Positions 59,807 through 64,000 of a DNA stretch of 64,000 bases are shown in pieces. How positions within the stretch are numbered: position 1 is the stretch's first letter; each line of letters begins with the position of its first letter. The position numbers were made by a program, and so were the translations under genes. Origin of the DNA: Candidatus Parachristensenella avicola. Lineage in GTDB: Bacteria > Bacillota > Clostridia > Christensenellales > UMGS416. The stretch covers positions 129,409 to 193,408 of the forward strand of contig CAJFUN010000023.1 in NCBI GenBank assembly GCA_904420205.1, read 5' to 3'. Below the pieces are notes generated by a model. It had not been told where the DNA came from. It ran no database searches and saw nothing but the letters and a program-made list of their open reading frames with translations.

Positions 59807-60886
59807 ATGCAGAAACAATGGAAGGTTGGCGTGATCGGGTGCACCGGCATGGTGGGGCAGCGATTTATTACGCTTTTAGCAAATCATCCCTGGTTTACCA
59901 TTACGGCGCTGGCCGCCAGTGCCCGTTCGGCCGGCATGCCTTACAGCCAGGCGGTGGAGGGGCGCTGGGCGATGAAAGTCCCCATGCCCGATCGCGTAAA
60001 GGATATGCAGGTACTGGATGCTTCTCAAGTGGAGCAGATTGCGCCGCTGGTAGACTTTGTATTCTGTGCGGTGAATATGGATAAGGCTGCTATCCGGGCG
60101 ATGGAAGAAGCATACGCCCGGGCAGAGGTACCCGTCGTCAGTAACAATTCAGCCTGCCGTGGGCTAAACGATGTGCCTATGGTGATCCCGGAGCTCAACC
60201 CGGAGCACCTGCGGGTGATCGAAACGCAGCGCATGCGGCTGGGCACACGACGCGGCTTTATTGCGGTCAAGCCAAACTGTTCGATTCAGAGCTATGTGCC
60301 AGCCCTGCACCCGCTGCGCGAATTCGGCGTAAAAAAGGTGCTAGCCTGTACCTATCAGGCCATATCCGGCGCCGGGAAGACCTTTGAAACTTGGCCGGAA
60401 ATGGTGGACAATGTGATCCCCTTCATCGGCGGCGAGGAACAAAAAAGCGAGCAAGAGCCGCTGAAGATTTGGGGCACGCTGAAGGACGGCGTAATCGTTA
60501 ACGATACGACCACGGATATTACCACCCAGTGCTTGCGCGTGCCGGTGGCCGACGGGCATATGGCGGCTGTATTTGTCAGCTTTGAGCGCAAGCCTACCAT
60601 GGAGCAGATGATTGAACGTTGGCGCAGCTTTGTCGGCCGCCCGCAGACGCTGGGGTTGCCCAGCGCGCCCCATCCATTCCTGTATTATTTCCAGGAAGAT
60701 AACCGCCCCCAGACGCGCCTGGATCGGGATGCTGGCCGGGGAATGGCGATTTCGATCGGCCGCTTGCGCCCGGATACTCAGTATGACTATAAGTTCGTTT
60801 GCCTGTCCCACAATACGCTGCGCGGCGCGGCCGGCGGCGCGGTGCTGATTGCCGAACTGCTTTGCGCGGAAGGGTATATGGGATAA
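59807..60886 (+). CDS. asd: Aspartate-semialdehyde dehydrogenase (archaeal/fungal-type)
   Basis: VGVIGCTGMVGQRFI, VVSNNSACRG, VKPNCSIQSYVPAL, AISGAGKTF, VPVADGHMAAVFV. Confidence 0.9.
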   Translation: MQKQWKVGVIGCTGMVGQRFITLLANHPWFTITALAASARSAGMPYSQAVEGRWAMKVPMPDRVKDMQVLDASQVEQIAPLVDFVFCAVNMDKAAIRAMEEAYARAEVPVVSNNSACRGLNDVPMVIPELNPEHLRVIETQRMRLGTRRGFIAVKPNCSIQSYVPALHPLREFGVKKVLACTYQAISGAGKTFETWPEMVDNVIPFIGGEEQKSEQEPLKIWGTLKDGVIVNDTTTDITTQCLRVPVADGHMAAVFVSFERKPTMEQMIERWRSFVGRPQTLGLPSAPHPFLYYFQEDNRPQTRLDRDAGRGMAISIGRLRPDTQYDYKFVCLSHNTLRGAAGGAVLIAELLCAEGYMG

Positions 60887-60936
60887 AAAAGGTTTCTCCT
60901 GCTCAAAATTAGAGCGGGCGGCGATATGGAACGTTT

Positions 60937-60972
60937 AGAGCATTGCAGCATGATGCTGCAGTGCTCTTTTTC
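60937..60972 (+). terminator. Intrinsic terminator
   Basis: AGAGCATTGCAGCA-tga-TGCTGCAGTGCTCTTTTT, 14-bp stem with one G-U. Confidence 0.85.
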
Positions 60973-61099
60973 TATCGCGCGTATGCGTTGAGAACGGGTT
61001 AATCTATTTTGCGAAGGGAGAATAAAGCAGAATTATGCATACAAAAAGCATAATGCGCGTGGTAAAATCACGAAAAAACAGCAAGAAAGAGCCTGTAAA

Positions 61100-61324
61100 A
61101 TGGAAAATTCATCCATTGGAAAAGAATTTGTTTTGGATCAAGTCATGACAACGGCTATCCAGATACCGGGGGTAAAAGTAGATCGAAAAGCGTTCCTGGC
61201 GGAATCCTTTGCATCAGACAGTGAAAATTTGGAGGAAATTCTAGCGGTAGGGTCTGTTGAAGCCGGCGTAATTCAAAAAGAGGAGTTCGAGGAAAAGAAG
61301 CGTGACCTGTTAACCCGGATTTGA
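61100..61324 (+). CDS. Hypothetical small protein, possibly truncated
   Basis: 74 aa, followed by terminator; no full domain. Confidence 0.5.
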   Translation: MENSSIGKEFVLDQVMTTAIQIPGVKVDRKAFLAESFASDSENLEEILAVGSVEAGVIQKEEFEEKKRDLLTRI

Positions 61325-61361
61325 CAGCGCGCGAACCGGCCCAAGCGGATCCAAACGAAGA

Positions 61362-61386
61362 GAGCGGCTGCAGGCCGCTTTTTTTG
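61362..61386 (+). terminator. Intrinsic terminator
   Basis: AGCGGC-TGCAG-GCCGCTTTTTTT. Confidence 0.75.
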
Positions 61387-61476
61387 ATTTCAAAGTAGCG
61401 GGCAAATATATCTATGGAAAGTGGAAACCAAAAACCATACAATAAGAAAAAGCCTGAAAGAAGTGGAGGATCGATC

Positions 61477-63618
61477 ATGGCCGTCGAATTTTATTCTGCA
61501 TTTGCCGGATCTAGGCCCATACGGCTGCGGGAGGCAACCCGCGTCCTGGCTGATCAGTCGATACGGGGACAATATGGGCGAGCGCTTGACGAATACGAAC
61601 CTTTGGACGCAGATATGATTCCCGGATTTGGAGCGATGAACGACCGCCAGCGTTATGATGCCATGATTCGGTTGATTGCCCAACGGGCGCCGCTAAGGAT
61701 GATGGAGGGCGAGCTGCTTGTCGGCAGCGCAACGCTGAAGGGCGCAATTGATCACATCGTGCCAGTATATCGGGCGGGAGAACCGGTAATGAGCAGCGTT
61801 AGCCATCTGACCTGCGGATTCGACCGGCTGCTGCGGGAAGGGCTGGATGCATACGAAACCCGTATCCATCATCGCCTTGAGACAGCGGATGAGCGGCAGC
61901 GTCCGGTGCTGGAATCTTTTTTGAACGTGTGCGCATGCATCCGCGTTTGGCACGGCCGCTATATGGAGCTGCTGCGGACGCGCTTGGCGCAAGCGGGAGA
62001 CGAAGCGGAACGGGATTATTATCGCGAGCGCATTGCGGTTCTTGAACCGGTACCCTTTGCGCCGCCAAAGAATTTCCGCCAAGGACTGCAGGCGCTGTGG
62101 TTTGCGTTCGCCTTTGTGCGGCTGTGCGGCAATTGGCCTGGGATTGGCCGGATCGACGCCATGCTGGGGCCGCTGCTTGAAAGGGATTTGCGCCTTGGCG
62201 TGATTACCTTGGATGAGGCCCGGGAATGGATGGCGCACTTCTTCATCAAAGGGTGCGAATGGGTGCGGGTAGATACCCAGAACCGTGGCAGCGGCGACGG
62301 TCAGCATTATCAGAACCTGGTACTGGCCGGACTGGACGCGGAAGGCCGGGAAACGGCTAACGAGGTCACCCGATTGGTATTAGAGGTGGTGGAAGAGCTG
62401 CCTATCGGAGATTTTCCGATCGCCGTAAAGCTGCGGGAGGATTCGCCTCCATGGTTGATGGAGCTGGCTTGCCGTGTAATGCGCCATGGCAGCGGCGTAG
62501 TGGCGGTATATAATGAAAATCTGGTGGTGCAGGCGCTGGAAGAGTTTGGATATAGCCGCCAGGAAGCCAGCGGTTTTGCCAACGACGGGTGTTGGGAGGT
62601 GCAGATGGCCGGGCAGACGTACTTCGCCTACCAACCCATGGACGCCTACGGCCCTTTTCAGCGGGATGTGTTAGGCATACCCGATGGCGGATATGACTAT
62701 GATTGCTTTGAGGCGCTATATGAGCGGACGCTTTCGGTGCTGTATAGCCAGGTGGATGATTGGCAGCGCCAGGCAGACGATTTCATCCAGCCGGACCGGC
62801 CGGCGTCGGTAGTGGGCCTTTTGACCGATGACTGTATTGACCGGGGAAAGGATTACTTTTCCGGTGGCACCCGCTATAATGTATTCTCGCCGCATATGGG
62901 CGGATTCCCTGATATTGTGAACAGCCTATATGCCATCCGAAAGCTTGTTTTTGAGGAAAAACGGCTGAGCTTTTGCGAACTGATGGACGTCATAAAGGCG
63001 GATTGGGCCGATCAAGAGCTGTTAAGGCAATATGCGCTGCATCGGTATTCATACTTTGGCAATGATAACGACGAGGTGGATGCACTGGCTGCAGACCTTA
63101 CGCGCCGATATATCGACCGGGTTCGTTTGGTTAAGGAGCGCTGTGGCGTATTGCGCCCTGCCGGGATCAGCACCTTTGGGCGGCAGATTGAATGGGCGCC
63201 GGGCAGAGCGGCCACAGCCTTCGGTCAGAAAAAGGGTGCGATTCTTTCCGGCAATCTGAACCCGACGCCGGGGACGGATGTAAACGGCGCCACCGCCATC
63301 ATCCGCTCCCACTGTAAAGCGGACTTGCGGCGGCTGACTTGTGGGACCGCACTGGATATCAAGCTGGATACTTCGGCGCTTAAGGGAGAGGCGGGCGTGC
63401 CGGCCCTGCAGGCGCTGATCCTGGGCTTTATCCGGCTGGGGGGATTTTTTATGCAGATCGATGTGATGGATAACGAGGTGCTGAAGCGGGCGCAGGCGCA
63501 CCCGGAGGAATATCAGACCTTGGCTGTGCGTATCTCAGGATGGTCGGCGCGATTTGTCACCCTGGATGAAGCATGGCAGAGAATGATCATCGAGCGCAGC
63601 GCTCAGCGGGGGATTTAA
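61477..63618 (+). CDS. Glycyl radical enzyme (pyruvate formate-lyase/dehydratase superfamily)
   Basis: Candidate catalytic Cys in FANDGCWEVQMAG; glycyl-radical loop VRISGWSARFVTLDEAWQ; followed by an activase gene. Confidence 0.92.
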   Translation: MAVEFYSAFAGSRPIRLREATRVLADQSIRGQYGRALDEYEPLDADMIPGFGAMNDRQRYDAMIRLIAQRAPLRMMEGELLVGSATLKGAIDHIVPVYRAGEPVMSSVSHLTCGFDRLLREGLDAYETRIHHRLETADERQRPVLESFLNVCACIRVWHGRYMELLRTRLAQAGDEAERDYYRERIAVLEPVPFAPPKNFRQGLQALWFAFAFVRLCGNWPGIGRIDAMLGPLLERDLRLGVITLDEAREWMAHFFIKGCEWVRVDTQNRGSGDGQHYQNLVLAGLDAEGRETANEVTRLVLEVVEELPIGDFPIAVKLREDSPPWLMELACRVMRHGSGVVAVYNENLVVQALEEFGYSRQEASGFANDGCWEVQMAGQTYFAYQPMDAYGPFQRDVLGIPDGGYDYDCFEALYERTLSVLYSQVDDWQRQADDFIQPDRPASVVGLLTDDCIDRGKDYFSGGTRYNVFSPHMGGFPDIVNSLYAIRKLVFEEKRLSFCELMDVIKADWADQELLRQYALHRYSYFGNDNDEVDALAADLTRRYIDRVRLVKERCGVLRPAGISTFGRQIEWAPGRAATAFGQKKGAILSGNLNPTPGTDVNGATAIIRSHCKADLRRLTCGTALDIKLDTSALKGEAGVPALQALILGFIRLGGFFMQIDVMDNEVLKRAQAHPEEYQTLAVRISGWSARFVTLDEAWQRMIIERSAQRGI

Positions 63619-63619
63619 G

Positions 63620-64000
63620 ATGAAGGGGATTGTTGCGGACATCCAGCGTTTTTCTGTTCACGATGGACCGGGTGTGCGCACTACTATTTTCCTGAAGGGA
63701 TGCCCGCTTCGGTGCCGTTGGTGCCATAACCCGGAAACGCAGCTGCCGAAACCGCAGATACAATTGACGCACATGCGCTGCCTGGGCTGCGGCGCCTGTG
63801 TGGCAGCCTGCCCGAACGGGGCCCATCAGCTTAGGGCGGAGGGACACCGATATGAATCGGATCGGTGCACACACTGCTTAGCCTGCGCGCAAGCCTGCAT
63901 GCCGGGGGCTATTGAGATATGCGGCCGCCTTTGGGAAACAGAGGAGGTGCTGCAGATGGCGCTGCGGGATCGCGCCTTCTATGGCTCGTCAGGCGGGATG
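63620..64000 (+). CDS. Glycyl-radical enzyme activating protein, radical SAM (partial)
   Basis: MKGIVADIQRFSVHDGPGVRTTIFLKGCPLRCRWCHNPE (CxxxCxxC), then ferredoxin-type CLGCGACVAACPNGAH and CTHCLACAQACMPGAI clusters; runs off window. Confidence 0.95.
   Translation, partial: MKGIVADIQRFSVHDGPGVRTTIFLKGCPLRCRWCHNPETQLPKPQIQLTHMRCLGCGACVAACPNGAHQLRAEGHRYESDRCTHCLACAQACMPGAIEICGRLWETEEVLQMALRDRAFYGSSGGM

Overview
This is a 64 kb chromosomal window from a moderately GC-rich, spore-forming Clostridia-like Firmicute; Spo0A, SPOCS/DUF3794 and GerMN proteins support that. I found no rRNA, tRNA, CRISPR array, prophage or IS element. Main contents in order: an OmpR-type two-component system with two tandem GerMN lipoproteins; two D,D-carboxypeptidases; a divergent carbohydrate cluster next to a 1608-aa surface protein; a LytTR/GHKL regulatory pair with a two-subunit ABC exporter; an AraC-HTH/BtrH-like protein overlapping an AAC(3)-family acetyltransferase; rho; an NfeD/FloA operon bracketed by signalling genes; threonine ammonia-lyase/RidA/C26 amidase; CNNM/CorC protein; an attenuator-controlled SAM methyltransferase plus P-loop kinase; tyrS; a MecA-like PBP; a 3D/G5 protein; rsmA; a GT2 glycosyltransferase; a Gld-like ABC system with DUF4340; spo0A; a SPOCS protein; ThuA/Gfo-Idh-MocA; asd; and a glycyl radical enzyme with its activase, truncated by the window end. 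The strongest discoveries are two hand-derived RNA attenuators. (1) The tyrS leader has a consensus promoter, a 30-aa leader peptide with tandem Tyr codons in the loop of a perfect 10-bp hairpin, and mutually exclusive antiterminator and terminator pairings, with no T-box signature seen. (2) The leader upstream of the methyltransferase/kinase pair has a 3-codon uORF (Met-Ile-Gly-stop) whose stop codon lies in one arm of a stem. That stem competes with a perfect 11-bp antiterminator, which in turn competes with a perfect 11-bp terminator just before the start codon, resembling antibiotic-induced ribosome-stalling attenuation.
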